Source: Candidatus Multivorans sp. (GTDB lineage Bacteria > Acidobacteriota > Thermoanaerobaculia > Multivoradales > Multivoraceae). Taken from it: a stretch of 64,000 nt of DNA. The stretch covers positions 1,248,001 through 1,312,000 of the forward strand of contig OZ245033.1 of NCBI GenBank assembly GCA_965224025.1, given 5' to 3'. A program made the position numbers and the translations under genes. Every line of letters starts with the position of its first letter. Positions within the stretch are counted from its first letter, which is position 1. Of this stretch, positions 42,980 through 55,025 are shown in pieces. The notes beneath the pieces were generated by a model that was not told the origin of the DNA, ran no database searches, and saw only the letters and a program-made list of their open reading frames with translations.

Positions 42980-43264
42980 ATGAAGGAACCGGATCGACGA
43001 GCACTCACCGCGGCGCTGCCGCGGTCGCTTCGGACCGAGTTCAGCGACACCTACACGCCGAACACGCACAAGGCCTACGACCGGGCGGAAGAGGCCCTCC
43101 GCGTGGGCGCCGCTCAGTCCCTGGTCGCCGTCGGCGCCTCCACCGTGGAGCTCATGCAGGCCGGAAGATGGACCGACGCCGCGACCGCGACCCGCTATGG
43201 CGCGAACGAACTGGCGGGGCGAGGCGCCGTCGCACGGTACTTCAAGGACGAGGAACGCGAGTAG
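42980..43264 (+). pseudogene. Internally deleted paralog of the 32122-33053 tyrosine recombinase
   Basis: RRALTAA...FSDTYTPNTHKAYDRA fused in frame to LRVGAAQSLVAVGASTVELMQAGRWTDAATATRYGANELAGRGAVARYF. Confidence 0.88.
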
Positions 43265-43273
43265 CCGGCCGCC

Positions 43274-44023
43274 CTACCGGTGCTGGTGGGCCTGGAGTTC
43301 GTGCCGGTAGTCGCCGACGGCGTCGATGGGGATCGGTTTCGCCATCTGGTGGAGACGGCTGACCAGGCTTGCCGGGACGCGGCCGGCGAGCATCCGGTCG
43401 GCAGGGATGTCCTCCACGTCTCCTCCGGCGGTCAGGTAGTAGTTGCTGGTGAAGAGGGTCGGCCGCCTGGCCATGTAGCGGCGGTTGATCAGCAGGTAGA
43501 GAGTGTCCGAGACGAAGGGAGTCGGCCGCCTCGCGCCGAGCTCGTCGACCACTACTACATCCGCCTCCTGCAGCGGTCGCAGCAGGTCCGCCTGGCTCAG
43601 ATCGGCGCCCTGCTGGAACGTGGCCTGAATGTCCGCGACCAGGCTCGTGAAGTCGACGAAACGGCCCCGGACGCCGTACTGCTCGGCGAGTTCGATCAGC
43701 ACCGCCACGGCGAGGTGCGTCTTGCCCCGCCCGCTCGGGCCCACGAACACCAGGCCCGTCTCGCGCGGGGAGCCGTCGAGTTCCAGGAAGTCCTCGATGT
43801 ACAGCTCGCAACTGCGGCGCGCGGCCCGCAGTTGGTCGTTCGCGTCGCCGGCGAGGCGGAAGTTGCTGAGCCGGCAGCCCTGGTACTTCGGCGGAATCCC
43901 CAACTCATCGAGCCGGCGACCGCGAAGCCGCGCCCGGTAGCAACTGCAACGCCGCGCGCGGTTGGTCACTACGTCGACGATCCAGCCACGCCCCCGGCAG
44001 AACTCGCAATCCGTCTCGTTCAA
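43274..44023 (-). CDS. DnaC/IstB-like AAA+ ATPase
   Basis: CEFC...CSC zinc motif, GPSGRGKTHLA, VVVVDELG, TSNY, SRL. Confidence 0.85.
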   Translation of the reverse strand: MNETDCEFCRGRGWIVDVVTNRARRCSCYRARLRGRRLDELGIPPKYQGCRLSNFRLAGDANDQLRAARRSCELYIEDFLELDGSPRETGLVFVGPSGRGKTHLAVAVLIELAEQYGVRGRFVDFTSLVADIQATFQQGADLSQADLLRPLQEADVVVVDELGARRPTPFVSDTLYLLINRRYMARRPTLFTSNYYLTAGGDVEDIPADRMLAGRVPASLVSRLHQMAKPIPIDAVGDYRHELQAHQHR

Positions 44024-44451
44024 TCCTCTTCCTCGACCTTGACCAGGGCGCCGCTGCGCACCCAGACCAGCGCGTACCGCCGCCGTACTCCGCGGCGCCG
44101 GTCCGACACGTCGCGTTCCACGATCTCGAGCAGGCGGTCCCGCTCCGCCTCCAGCCGCGCCAGCCGCTCCTGGAGGGTCAGAATGACCTCGACGCCCGCG
44201 AGGTTGACGCCCATGTCGCGGGTCAGGGTCAGGATCGACTCCAGGCGGCGAAGGGAGTCCTCGTCGTAGAGCCGCGTGTTGCCGCCGCTTCGTTGCGGCT
44301 GGAGCAATCCCTCTCGCTCGTAGAGACGAAGGGTCTGCGGATGAATGTCGTAGCGCTCCGCCACCTTGCTGATCATCACGTAGCGACGGCCCCCCACTCG
44401 CCGGCGGCGGGACGGGGGGCGGCGCTGCCGCGACGACCGGGACTGAACCAT
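44020..44451 (-). CDS. hspR: HspR-like MerR-family heat-shock repressor
   Basis: ISKVAERYDIHPQTLRLYEREGLL.P.RS.GNTRLY, GVNLAGVE; downstream of dnaK. Confidence 0.88.
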   Translation of the reverse strand: MVQSRSSRQRRPPSRRRRVGGRRYVMISKVAERYDIHPQTLRLYEREGLLQPQRSGGNTRLYDEDSLRRLESILTLTRDMGVNLAGVEVILTLQERLARLEAERDRLLEIVERDVSDRRRGVRRRYALVWVRSGALVKVEEED

Positions 44452-44578
44452 GGCGGCGCTAGGACGCTGCGCCGCAGAACGACACGGAGTGAGTTGTGCG
44501 GTGCAGCGTCATAGTGAGGTGGGGGCTGGGGCCACGTCAATCGAGAATCTTGGCGAGTCTTCGACGGGTTTGGCGGCT

Positions 44579-46513
<1,935 letters not shown>

Positions 46514-46629
46514 GTGCTCGTCTCCTGATCGTCCGCGCCAACTGCGCGAACGGGTCCGTTTCGTTTCTTGGTCGCCGCGGAGCCGAATTCGGTGTTCTCC
46601 GGTCCAGCTACGGCTGTGGCACGATGAAG

Positions 46630-46658
46630 ACCCTAAGACCTAAGCGTTTCAATGTCAA
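46630..46658 (-). promoter_or_regulatory. Sigma70-type promoter of dnaK
   Basis: TTGACA (46658-46653), 17-bp spacer, TAGGGT (46635-46630); the -35 overlaps a weak HAIR-like CTTGAcA-N7-gCTtAgG. Confidence 0.6.
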
Positions 46659-46764
46659 GTCCCGAGCAGCAATAATCTGCCATTAGCACACTCACGTTCG
46701 GGCGACTGCCTCTCCGGCCACCCCCAGAGAGAGCCCGGTGAGCGCGACGCGACCTCCTACGTCG

Positions 46765-47256
46765 TCAGTTCCGGCTCTTCTCGACGTACCGCATGCGGAG
46801 CTGAGCGAGGAGGTCCTCGACCACCGCACTCTCCTCCGTGCTGACGTTCCCTCGCGTCTTCTCCTGCAGCACGGCCAGCAGGTCGATCCGCAGACGCGCC
46901 CGGGGAAGATCCTGCGCGCTCTGGCCATCCGGAAGCTGCGCGTCGCCCAGCAGGAAGGCGATCGGCTCGGCGAGCATCGCGACCAGGTCCATGAAGCCGG
47001 CCGCCGGGCGCCCGGCCGCGGCCGGCGACGATTCGTACCCGTCGACCGAGGGATCGGCGGCCGCGCCGCGGCCCGGCGAGGGCCCGGCGACGCGCGGCCC
47101 CGGCGCTGCGACGGCCGGCGTGTCCGGCGCGCTCCCGCCGCCCGGATCCGGCGCGGGCGCGGCGGGCCCTGCGGTCGCCTTGTGCTGCTCGAGGAACCGG
47201 TACTCTTCGCGCAGTTCGCCGTCGTCCGTGAACATCCTTTTGTCGGTGACCTTCAC
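46765..47256 (-). CDS. DUF1844-like protein
   Basis: VKVTDKR N-terminus; ARLRIDLLAVLQEKTRGN...LRMRYV C-terminus; start uncertain. Confidence 0.75.
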   Translation of the reverse strand: MKVTDKRMFTDDGELREEYRFLEQHKATAGPAAPAPDPGGGSAPDTPAVAAPGPRVAGPSPGRGAAADPSVDGYESSPAAAGRPAAGFMDLVAMLAEPIAFLLGDAQLPDGQSAQDLPRARLRIDLLAVLQEKTRGNVSTEESAVVEDLLAQLRMRYVEKSRN

Positions 47257-47277
47257 ATCCGACCTCCCCGCCCAAGA

Positions 47278-48084
47278 ATGAACGATACCAGTTCGCTGGC
47301 CCCGATCGCGGCGCTGATCGACCGGCTTCGCGTCGACTGCCCCTGGGACCGGGAGCTGTCCCTCAAGGACCTGCGCGCCTACCTGATCGAGGAGGCGCAC
47401 GAACTGGCCGCCGCGATCGACGAGCGTGACACCGCGGCGATCAACGAAGAGCTGGGCGACCTGCTGTTCGAGGCGGTCTACGTCGCTCGGCTCGCCAGCG
47501 CCGAGTTGTCGGACGTTCCCGTCGGCGAGGCCATCCGGACGGTGATCGAGAAGATGGTTGCCCGTCACCCGCACGTCTTCGGCAACGAGGAGGATCGGGG
47601 TCAGGCCGCGTCCGCGGCCGAGGTCGCGGCGCTCTGGGAGCAACGCAAGCAACGCTCTGCCGGGCGTTCCGTGCTGGACGGCGTACCCAGCTCCCTGCCG
47701 GCTCTGGTCGGGGCCTACCGGCTCGGGCAGAAGGCGGCCGGCATCGGCTTCGACTGGGACGCGCCCGCGGCCGTGCGCGCCAAGGTGTCCGAGGAGCTTG
47801 CGGAACTCGACCGGGAAACGGCAATCAGCACGGCGGCAGACGGGCCGCAAGCGACCACGAAGGTGGAGGAAGAGCTGGGCGACGTCCTCTTCGCGGTCGC
47901 CAACCTCGCCCGCCACCTCGAGGTGGATCCCGAGCGCGCCCTGGCGGCGGCGAACCGGAAGTTCCGCCGTCGCTTCGCCGTCGTGGAGGCGGAACTCGAA
48001 GCGGGAACGGACGGCGAAACGGACAGCAGCCGGATGGAGCGGATGGGACGGCTGTGGGAGCGCGCCAAGCAGCGTGAGGAGTAG
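47278..48084 (+). CDS. mazG: Nucleoside triphosphate pyrophosphohydrolase MazG
   Basis: CPWD, EEAHE, EELGDLL, RHPHVF, GFDW, EELGDVLF, KFRRRF. Confidence 0.93.
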   Translation: MNDTSSLAPIAALIDRLRVDCPWDRELSLKDLRAYLIEEAHELAAAIDERDTAAINEELGDLLFEAVYVARLASAELSDVPVGEAIRTVIEKMVARHPHVFGNEEDRGQAASAAEVAALWEQRKQRSAGRSVLDGVPSSLPALVGAYRLGQKAAGIGFDWDAPAAVRAKVSEELAELDRETAISTAADGPQATTKVEEELGDVLFAVANLARHLEVDPERALAAANRKFRRRFAVVEAELEAGTDGETDSSRMERMGRLWERAKQREE

Positions 48085-48126
48085 CGGCGGTTACTGCGGT
48101 CGCCGCTTCGCGGCGTTGTTTCCCGC

Positions 48127-48180
48127 GGGTCAGAAGACCCGCGGCTACTGGGTCAGAAGACCCGCGGCTACTGGATCAGA
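48127..48180. repeat. 23-bp tandem repeat (2 full copies plus a partial one) between convergent genes
   Basis: GGGTCAGAAGACCCGCGGCTACT at 48127-48149 and 48150-48172; each contains a GGGTC-AGAA-GACCC hairpin. Confidence 0.8.
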
Positions 48181-49352
48181 TCGATCGCGCCTTCGAGAAC
48201 GGGATCCGACCCGTCCTCCGGCTCGGCGAAGAAGAGGGCGCCGAGTCGGTGGGCCTGCTCAACGCGGATCCTGCTGTTGAGCCGCTCGCCGTCCGGACCG
48301 GTGTAGAAGGCCGAGGTCAACTCCAGCACGCCACCGTCGTTCGGCAGTTCGATCTGCTCCACCTCTCCCGCGTAGCCGAAGGTCGGTTCACCGTACAGCT
48401 CGGCGTCTTTCGCCTTTTGCAGCACGGCGGTGAGGACTTCGGCGGCGCCTTGAGAACTCCGGTCGACCAGCACCGCGATGTCGCCCGCGAACAAGCCGCC
48501 GGCGCCGTCGAAGCTCCGGAGCTCGCGGTCCTCGCGGTCCAGCAGGCCGCCCAGGTCGCCCTGCGCGAACCGGCCTGCAACGGCGTACGCATCCGCCACC
48601 GACCCTCCGGCAACACCGCGCAGATCGATCAGCAGCGAGGCGCCCTCGTACCCGGCCAGCGCGGCATCGACCTGGGCTTCCGTGTCGGCGCCGAAGCTCG
48701 GGATCGTCAGCACGCCGACGCCGCGAACCTCCTTGAACTCCGGCGGCGGAAGGTCGTACTCCGCAACGACGAGGCTCGTATCGATGCTCTCGCCGCGCCG
48801 CACCAGTTCGAGCCGCAACTCGGAACCGGCGGGCGCCGCGAGCTGCCGGCGCAGGTCCCAAAGCGGCATCTCACGAGACGAACGGCCATTGATGCCGGCA
48901 ACGATGTCGCCTAGTTGGAACCCTTCCAGGTCCGCCGGACTGCCGCGGTCCACCGCGGCGACGTAGGCCGTCCCGCGCTCCTTCAGCACCAGGAGACCGC
49001 TGTGACGGCGTCCGATCTCCCGCGCGGCCCGGTAGGACTCCACCTCGCTCGCCGGCACATAGACCGAGAACGGATCCAGGGCGTCGGTCACCCCGTCAAG
49101 CGCGCCCGCCATCAGGCCGCGACCGTCGACTTCCTCGACGTACGAGCCGCGGATCAGCCGCAGGACCTCCTCCCACAGCGTGATGTACTTGTAGATCGAG
49201 TCGGTACCCGGCTCGTCGTCGCTGGCGCCCAGCCACGCGCCGCTTGCAAGGCCCAGGACGAGGAGCAGCGAGACACCGACGAACAGCAGCCTGCCGCCAA
49301 AGGTACCCGCTCGGCGGTCCACCGGCGGATGCTCCTGCCCGTCTGCGATCAT
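48168..49352 (-). CDS. S41/CtpA-like PDZ protein, catalytic residues apparently substituted
   Basis: YVEEVD, LDPFSVY, GSPA PDZ, IDLR..GG; SQGAAE replaces SASASE and TFGYA replaces TFGKG. Confidence 0.8.
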   Translation of the reverse strand: MIADGQEHPPVDRRAGTFGGRLLFVGVSLLLVLGLASGAWLGASDDEPGTDSIYKYITLWEEVLRLIRGSYVEEVDGRGLMAGALDGVTDALDPFSVYVPASEVESYRAAREIGRRHSGLLVLKERGTAYVAAVDRGSPADLEGFQLGDIVAGINGRSSREMPLWDLRRQLAAPAGSELRLELVRRGESIDTSLVVAEYDLPPPEFKEVRGVGVLTIPSFGADTEAQVDAALAGYEGASLLIDLRGVAGGSVADAYAVAGRFAQGDLGGLLDREDRELRSFDGAGGLFAGDIAVLVDRSSQGAAEVLTAVLQKAKDAELYGEPTFGYAGEVEQIELPNDGGVLELTSAFYTGPDGERLNSRIRVEQAHRLGALFFAEPEDGSDPVLEGAIDLIQ

Positions 49353-49359
49353 CCGTCCG

Positions 49360-49698
49360 TCAGGAGAGCGACGCGACCGCCTCGTCCTCGTCCTTCATGA
49401 TGTCGAGCACCGTGACCAACTGGGTGATCTGCAGCACGCCGAGCACCCGGCGCGGCAGAGAGAACAGACCCAGCTTGCCGCCGCGGTTGGTCACCGTGGT
49501 GTAGGCGGCGATCAACTCGCCGACGCCGGAAGAGTCGATCGTCCGCACCCGGCCCATGTTGAGCAGAATGTTCACAGCGCCGGCGCCGACCGCTTCGTGA
49601 ACGGCCTCCCTCAGAGCAACGTCTCCCTCGCCTATGGTGATCTTGCCCTGGAGATCGAGAATCGTCGCTCCATCCCGTTGGCGCTTGTCAATCTTCAT
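49360..49698 (-). CDS. STAS-domain anti-sigma factor antagonist (RsbV/SpoIIAA-like)
   Basis: IDSSGVGEL motif. Confidence 0.9.
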   Translation of the reverse strand: MKIDKRQRDGATILDLQGKITIGEGDVALREAVHEAVGAGAVNILLNMGRVRTIDSSGVGELIAAYTTVTNRGGKLGLFSLPRRVLGVLQITQLVTVLDIMKDEDEAVASLS

Positions 49699-50162
49699 TC
49701 CGCTCCTCCCTGGTCTCCTGCGGCGCCGGCGCACGGAGCGCCGAACTTCTTGTGAAGCCGGACCTTCGTGCCGCCTCCGGCACCAAAATCGTACTCGATC
49801 TTATCCATGAACTTCCTCATATAAAAGATCCCCCGGCCTTCGGTCTTCAGCAGGTTGTCCGGGGCCAGCGGATCCTCCACCGCGGCCGGGTCGAACCCGC
49901 TGCCCTCATCCTCCACCGTAATCATGATCTCGTCCGCGCCCACCTCCAAGGCGACCTCGACCTTCTTTTCGGCGTCCAGCGCGTTGCCATGCTTGATCGC
50001 GTTGGTCAGAGCCTCCCGCAGCGCGATGCCCATCCAGTAGCTGCTCTCCTCGTCGACCTCCAGCGGTTCGAGCGCTTCGTCCAGAACCGCCCGCACCAGT
50101 TCGATGTTCTCGTACCGGCTGCCTATCCTGAGCCGGATGGTCTGCCGAACAGGTGCGGACAC
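49695..50162 (-). CDS. RsbW-like anti-sigma factor Ser/Thr kinase
   Basis: EALTNAIKHGN, DEGSGFD, GRGIF. Confidence 0.9.
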   Translation of the reverse strand: MSAPVRQTIRLRIGSRYENIELVRAVLDEALEPLEVDEESSYWMGIALREALTNAIKHGNALDAEKKVEVALEVGADEIMITVEDEGSGFDPAAVEDPLAPDNLLKTEGRGIFYMRKFMDKIEYDFGAGGGTKVRLHKKFGAPCAGAAGDQGGAE

Positions 50163-50177
50163 AGTCGCCGGCCCCGT

Positions 50178-50666
50178 TCAGCTCCGGGCTCGCGTCGCGC
50201 CGCGTTGATGCTGATACTTGCTCCCCGCGCCCGGTTCGCCGTAGGCCACCTCAGGTTCCGACTCCATCGCGATGAAGATCAACTGGGCGATCCGGCGACC
50301 GGCATCGAGCACGAACGGCACCGGCCCCAGGTTCTGCAACTCGAGCGTGATGTTGCCTTCAAAGCCCGGGTCGCACCAGCCGGCCAGGGAGTGGTTGATC
50401 CACAGCCGGCCCAGGGTCGACTTGAGCTTCAGGTCGCAGGCCACCGACCGGGGGATGCGCACGAACTCGAGAGTCGTGGCGAGCAGGACCTCGTTCGGAA
50501 ACAGCTTCACGTTGTCGCCCCGGAACTCCTCCGGGTCGCGGGTCGGACAGATCCAGTGGGCGCCCACCCGGACGTCGTAGCTCGCCGCGTTCACCTGGCC
50601 AGGTTCGAACGGCGTCACGCCGCCGCCCTCGCCCCAGGCGCGAATCCAGTGGTCCGGCTTGATCAC
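50178..50666 (-). CDS. dcd: dCTP deaminase
   Basis: ASYDVR, KSTLGR, DPGFEGNITLE, RIAQL, KYQ.Q. Confidence 0.92.
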   Translation of the reverse strand: MIKPDHWIRAWGEGGGVTPFEPGQVNAASYDVRVGAHWICPTRDPEEFRGDNVKLFPNEVLLATTLEFVRIPRSVACDLKLKSTLGRLWINHSLAGWCDPGFEGNITLELQNLGPVPFVLDAGRRIAQLIFIAMESEPEVAYGEPGAGSKYQHQRGATRARS

Positions 50667-50715
50667 GCCGGCGCCTCCGCTCGGTCCCGCACCTGTTCCC
50701 GCACCGGCCGTCTCC

Positions 50716-51690
50716 TCAGTAGAAGACGACGGGGCCGCCGTCGTCGCCGCGGCGAATCGTCTCGACGAACCGGATCACGCCGTCGGCAAGCGACATGACC
50801 AGCGTCGACGTGCGGTACCCGTCGCCCTCGAACCGGACGCCGCGGAGCAGGTCGCCGCCGGTGACGCCGGTGCAGCAGAACACGATGTCGTCGCCCGGCG
50901 CCAGCTCGTCGGTGGTGTAGATCCGGTCCCGGTCCTCGATCCCGACCTCCTCGAGCCGGCGTTCCTGCTCTTCGGAGAGGGCGGACAGCCGGCCCTGGAT
51001 CTCGCCGCCCAGGCAGCGCATCGCCGCCGCCGTGATCACCCCCTCAGGCGCGCCGCCGGTGCCGATCACCGCGTGGACTCCGGTGCCGCGCACGGCCGCG
51101 GCGATCGCCGTCGAGAGGTCGCCGTCGCCGATCAGCTTGATCCGGGCGCCGGCGCCGCGGATGTCCTCGATCAGACCGCGGTGGCGCTCCCGGTCGAGCA
51201 CCACGACCGTCAGGGCGCTCGCCGCGCAGTTGAAGGCGCCGGCGATGGCGTTCAGGTTGTCCTCCACCGGCGCATCCAGGTCGACCTTGCCGCGGGCGGT
51301 CGGACCGACCACGATCTTGTCCATGTAGATGTCGGGGGCGTGCAGCAGCCCCCCGCGCTCGGACGCGGCGAGCACCGCCATCGCGTCCGCGGCGCCGGTG
51401 GCGCAGAGGTTCGTTCCCTCCAGCGGATCGACGGCGAAGTCCACCGGCAGATCGCCGGGAGCGCCGCGGCCGACCCGCTCGCCGACGTAGAGCATCGGCG
51501 CCTTGTCCCGCTCCCCCTCGCCGATCACGACGCGGCCGTCGATCGCCATCACAGCCAGCGACTCGCGCATCGCCTCCACCGAAACGTGGTCCGAGTGGCG
51601 ACGGTCGCCGTAACCCATGGTCTGCGCCGCGGCCACCGCGGCCGCCTCGGTGACGGCGACGAAGTCGTGCTCGCGCAGGCCGCCGGCCAT
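50716..51690 (-). CDS. glpX: Fructose-1,6-bisphosphatase class II
   Basis: [33 protein letters not shown]. Confidence 0.95.
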   Translation of the reverse strand: MAGGLREHDFVAVTEAAAVAAAQTMGYGDRRHSDHVSVEAMRESLAVMAIDGRVVIGEGERDKAPMLYVGERVGRGAPGDLPVDFAVDPLEGTNLCATGAADAMAVLAASERGGLLHAPDIYMDKIVVGPTARGKVDLDAPVEDNLNAIAGAFNCAASALTVVVLDRERHRGLIEDIRGAGARIKLIGDGDLSTAIAAAVRGTGVHAVIGTGGAPEGVITAAAMRCLGGEIQGRLSALSEEQERRLEEVGIEDRDRIYTTDELAPGDDIVFCCTGVTGGDLLRGVRFEGDGYRTSTLVMSLADGVIRFVETIRRGDDGGPVVFY

Positions 51691-52934
51691 CAGTTTCCCC
51701 CCGACGCCACCGCGGCCAGTTCGGGGCGGGCCTCGGCCTCCCGCGCCTGCGTCCGCGTCATCGGCGGGTTGAAGGAGGGGATACCGGTCACCGCGGCGCC
51801 GATCACCAAGCCGTGGATGTCGTGCGTGCCCTCATAGGTGTAGACCGACTCGATGTTCAACATGTGGCGGACCACCGGATACTCGTCGGAGATGCCGTTC
51901 GCGCCCAGGATCTCGCGCGCCAGCTTGGCGCATTCGCGCGCCACCCAGACGTTGTTCCGCTTGCACATCGAGACGTGCTGGGGCGCCATCGTCCCGGCCG
52001 TCTTGAGCCCGGCCAACTGGTAGGCGAGGAACTGGCCCTTGGTGATCTCGGTGATCATCCACGCCAGCTTCTCCTGGACCAGTTGGTGACTGGCAATCGG
52101 CTGGCCGGCGAACTGCACCCTCTGGCGGGCGTACTCGAGCGCCGTGTGGTAGCACTCCATCGCCGATCCGAGCCCGCCCCAGCAGATGCCGTAGCGGGCC
52201 TGGTTCAGTGTCTGGAGCGCGCTGCCGACGCCGCGGGCGCCGGCCAGGATGTTGCCTTTCGGAATCCGGCAGTTCTGGAACGAGAGTTCGCCCGTGACCG
52301 ACGCCCGCAACGAGAACTTGCCGTGCTGCTCCGCGCTCACGAAGCCCTCGGCGCCCTTCTCGACCAGGAACCCTCTGATCCCCTCGTCCGTGCGCGCCCA
52401 CACGACGGCGACATCGGCGACGCTGCCGTTGGTGATCCACTGCTTGGCGCCGTTCAGCACCCAGCAGTCCCCGTCGCGGCGCGCCCGCGTGCGCATCGCC
52501 GACGGGTTGGAGCCGAAGTCCGGCTCGGTGAGGCCGAAGCAGCCGATCATCCGGCCGCTGGCCAGACCCGGGATGAAGCGGTCCTTCTGCTCCTTCGAGC
52601 CGAAGGTCAGGATCGGATACATGACCAGGGAACTCTGCACCGAGACCATGCTGCGGATGCCGGAATCGCCGCGCTCCAGCTCCTGCATCACGAGCCCGTA
52701 GGCAACATCCCCCAGGCCGGGAAGTCCGTACTCCGTGAAGTTCGCTCCGAACAGGTTCAGATCGCCGATCTCGGGCGCGAGCTCCATCGGCGCGCTCGCC
52801 TCACGGTGGCAACGTTCGATAATAGGCTTCACGCGCTCGTCGACGAACTGACGAACGGTACTTCTGATCAATCGTTCCTCGCCGCTGAGCAGCGAGTCGA
52901 AGTTCATGAAGTCAACGCCGGGGAATCGCTCCAA
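51690..52934 (-). CDS. Acyl-CoA dehydrogenase (glutaryl-CoA dehydrogenase-like)
   Basis: [45 protein letters not shown]. Confidence 0.9.
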   Translation of the reverse strand: MERFPGVDFMNFDSLLSGEERLIRSTVRQFVDERVKPIIERCHREASAPMELAPEIGDLNLFGANFTEYGLPGLGDVAYGLVMQELERGDSGIRSMVSVQSSLVMYPILTFGSKEQKDRFIPGLASGRMIGCFGLTEPDFGSNPSAMRTRARRDGDCWVLNGAKQWITNGSVADVAVVWARTDEGIRGFLVEKGAEGFVSAEQHGKFSLRASVTGELSFQNCRIPKGNILAGARGVGSALQTLNQARYGICWGGLGSAMECYHTALEYARQRVQFAGQPIASHQLVQEKLAWMITEITKGQFLAYQLAGLKTAGTMAPQHVSMCKRNNVWVARECAKLAREILGANGISDEYPVVRHMLNIESVYTYEGTHDIHGLVIGAAVTGIPSFNPPMTRTQAREAEARPELAAVASGGN

Positions 52935-52980
52935 AGCACCCTCCTGGATGGTCTGCGACAGCGCCGAACCCTAGCAGCCC

Positions 52981-53817
52981 GTGACCCTGATCCGATTCTT
53001 CCTGCCCCTGCTTGCCGGCGCCGCCTGCGCCTGGTGGATCGACCGGTCGACCGCGGCGAGCGGACTGTTGCCACCAGGTTTCGCGGCCGCCACGCCCGGA
53101 GGCCTTGGCCGGCGTGTCGCCGCCATGGCGCTGCTGGGCCTGGTGCTCTGGGTCGGCGTGTTCGCGGCCGTCGGCCAGATCGGCCTGCCGTCGCGCGTCG
53201 ACGAGATCGACTTCGAGAACCTGTCATCCCTGAACCTGTTCCTGATGCACGCCGTGCTGGTCACAACACTGGCCCTATGGTTGATGCTCGGCTACTGGCG
53301 GTGCGGGCACCGCGCCGGCTCCGTGATCTGGAGCCAGCTCGGTCTTCGAACCCGCGCCGGCCAGAGCCTGCCGCGGGAAGTCGGCGTCGGGATCGGAGCA
53401 GGCATCGTTCTCTGGGCCGCGGTCCTCGCCGTTGTGGTGGTCGCGGCCCTCGCGGTCGGCCTCGCGGGAGGCTTCGAGAACCTGCCCAGCGAGGCGCCGA
53501 AGATGGTGCTCTGGATGGGAAGCCTCCCTATCCTCCTGCGGATCATGCTCAGTCTCTCCGCCGGCGTCGTCGAGGAACTCTTCTTCCGCGGCTTTCTGAT
53601 GCCCCGGGTCGGCTTCGGGCTGTCCAACGTGCTGTTCGTGCTCGCGCACCTGAGCTACGACCAGCCCTTTCTCCTCCTTGGCGTCGCCCTGCTCTCGGTG
53701 GCGTTCAGCCTGCTCGTGCGCTGGCGAGGGAACATCTGGCCCGCCATCGTCGCGCACGCCCTCTTCGACGCGATTCAACTGCTGATCATAGTGCCGTCTG
53801 CAGCCGACGCGCTATAG
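52981..53817 (+). CDS. CPBP (Abi/CAAX) intramembrane metalloprotease
   Basis: EELFFRG, F.LAH and H..FD motifs; multiple TMs. Confidence 0.88.
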   Translation: MTLIRFFLPLLAGAACAWWIDRSTAASGLLPPGFAAATPGGLGRRVAAMALLGLVLWVGVFAAVGQIGLPSRVDEIDFENLSSLNLFLMHAVLVTTLALWLMLGYWRCGHRAGSVIWSQLGLRTRAGQSLPREVGVGIGAGIVLWAAVLAVVVVAALAVGLAGGFENLPSEAPKMVLWMGSLPILLRIMLSLSAGVVEELFFRGFLMPRVGFGLSNVLFVLAHLSYDQPFLLLGVALLSVAFSLLVRWRGNIWPAIVAHALFDAIQLLIIVPSAADAL

Positions 53818-53929
53818 CCTCTGTTTCGTCTCCGACGACCTCTCGTCAACGGGAGCCGGCTGGCGAGCGGCCCCTGGACTCCTGAACGCCGTGAGACGCA
53901 TCGCTCCCGTAGACGCTGATCTCCGGATC

Positions 53930-54137
53930 GGCGACTGCCCCCGCTGGCAGACCAAGACGGCAGACCGTTTCCCGCACCGTCTTGGAAGACCGGCAGACCG
54001 GTTTCCCACAGCTACCGCAGCCGCGGCGGCTACTGACTCAAGGAGACCGACGAGAGCAAACTCGCCTGCACTCGAACACGGCCGAGGTGGCTCACTTTCC
54101 GATCGCTGATCGGCTCACTTTCCGAGCGTTGCCAACA
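53930..54137 (+). mobile_element. Probable IS21-like right-end remnant
   Basis: GGCTCACTTTCCGA repeated at 54089 and 54112, ending in ...GCCAACA; abuts the IS3 remnant. Confidence 0.5.
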
Positions 54138-54449
54138 GATAGGTCCGATGCTCCGGATACGGCCTGCTCGTCCGCGGCGCCCGGTAGATCGCCTGAACGC
54201 CCATCAGACGCATCAGCCGCCGCACCCGGTGACGACCGACACGAATGCCCTCGCGCCCAAGTGGTGGACCATCTGCCGAGAGCCGTGGCGCGCCGCGATC
54301 GCTGAGATCGGCTTCTCCTCGCGCAGAGCCTCCAGCGCCACCTTCGACTTGAAGGCCGCCGTGAACTTCCGACGCTTCCTCATTCTCATGTCCTCCTCTG
54401 GTCGAGGAGTACACCTTAGCCACCTGTCCAGTCTTCCGGGACCACCTCA
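54138..54449 (-). mobile_element. Deleted IS3-family element (left IR, orfA start, orfB fragment)
   Basis: TGAGGTGGTCCCGG left end; MRKRRKFTAAFKSKVALEALRE; RVRRLMRLMGVQAIYRAPRTS. Confidence 0.8.
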
Positions 54450-54458
54450 GTCGGAAGG

Positions 54459-54947
54459 CTACAGGCTGCACCGGTAGCTTGCGCTTTGCCCCTGGGTCTC
54501 GGACACCGTGACCGCCACGACCTCTACCCGGTCTCGAAGGTGCGTCCACTGATTTCGGAGACGCAACCAGAGCAGCCGCGCGAGCGCCTCGACCGTGACA
54601 TTGGCCACGGGCAACAGGACGACCTCGGACGACGGGAACTCGTAGCGCCGCGATGCGAACACCACCGTCACCGCTTCGCCGTCCCCGGCGAGTTCGAGCT
54701 GAGGACAGTCCGCCGGCAGCAGGACTTTCTCGTCCAGGACGGCGCACTGGGCGCGAATCTCCCGTTTCGCCGTGGCGGCGGGAACCAGGAAGTCCAGGTC
54801 GTCGAGTTCGGATCCGCTCAACTCCACCGTGATCCGGTAGTTGTGACCGTGCAGCGGCTCCGCTTCGCCGTCGCCGAAGACGGTGAAATGCGCGGCGGAG
54901 AACTTGAAGTCCTCCTTGCCGAGGCGGAGCGAGAACGTGCCGGTCAC
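54459..54947 (-). CDS. queD: 6-pyruvoyl-tetrahydropterin synthase / QueD family
   Basis: FSAAHF, LHGHNY, TVEALA, V.ET; near folE. Confidence 0.82.
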   Translation of the reverse strand: MTGTFSLRLGKEDFKFSAAHFTVFGDGEAEPLHGHNYRITVELSGSELDDLDFLVPAATAKREIRAQCAVLDEKVLLPADCPQLELAGDGEAVTVVFASRRYEFPSSEVVLLPVANVTVEALARLLWLRLRNQWTHLRDRVEVVAVTVSETQGQSASYRCSL

Positions 54948-55025
54948 GGGCCGATCGTAACGTTCGGCTCGGGTCCGCGACCCTGCCGGCCGGGATCCTG
55001 CCGCCTGGCGGCCGCTCGTCCGGCG

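Noticed and set aside
43274-44023. IS21 istB gene of an intact element
   Set aside because: No istA or IRs adjacent; overlaps hspR and has a DnaC-like zinc N-terminus
46683-46693. CIRCE element upstream of dnaK (TTAGCACACTC)
   Set aside because: Only an imperfect half-site; no GAGTGCTAA arm at N9 spacing
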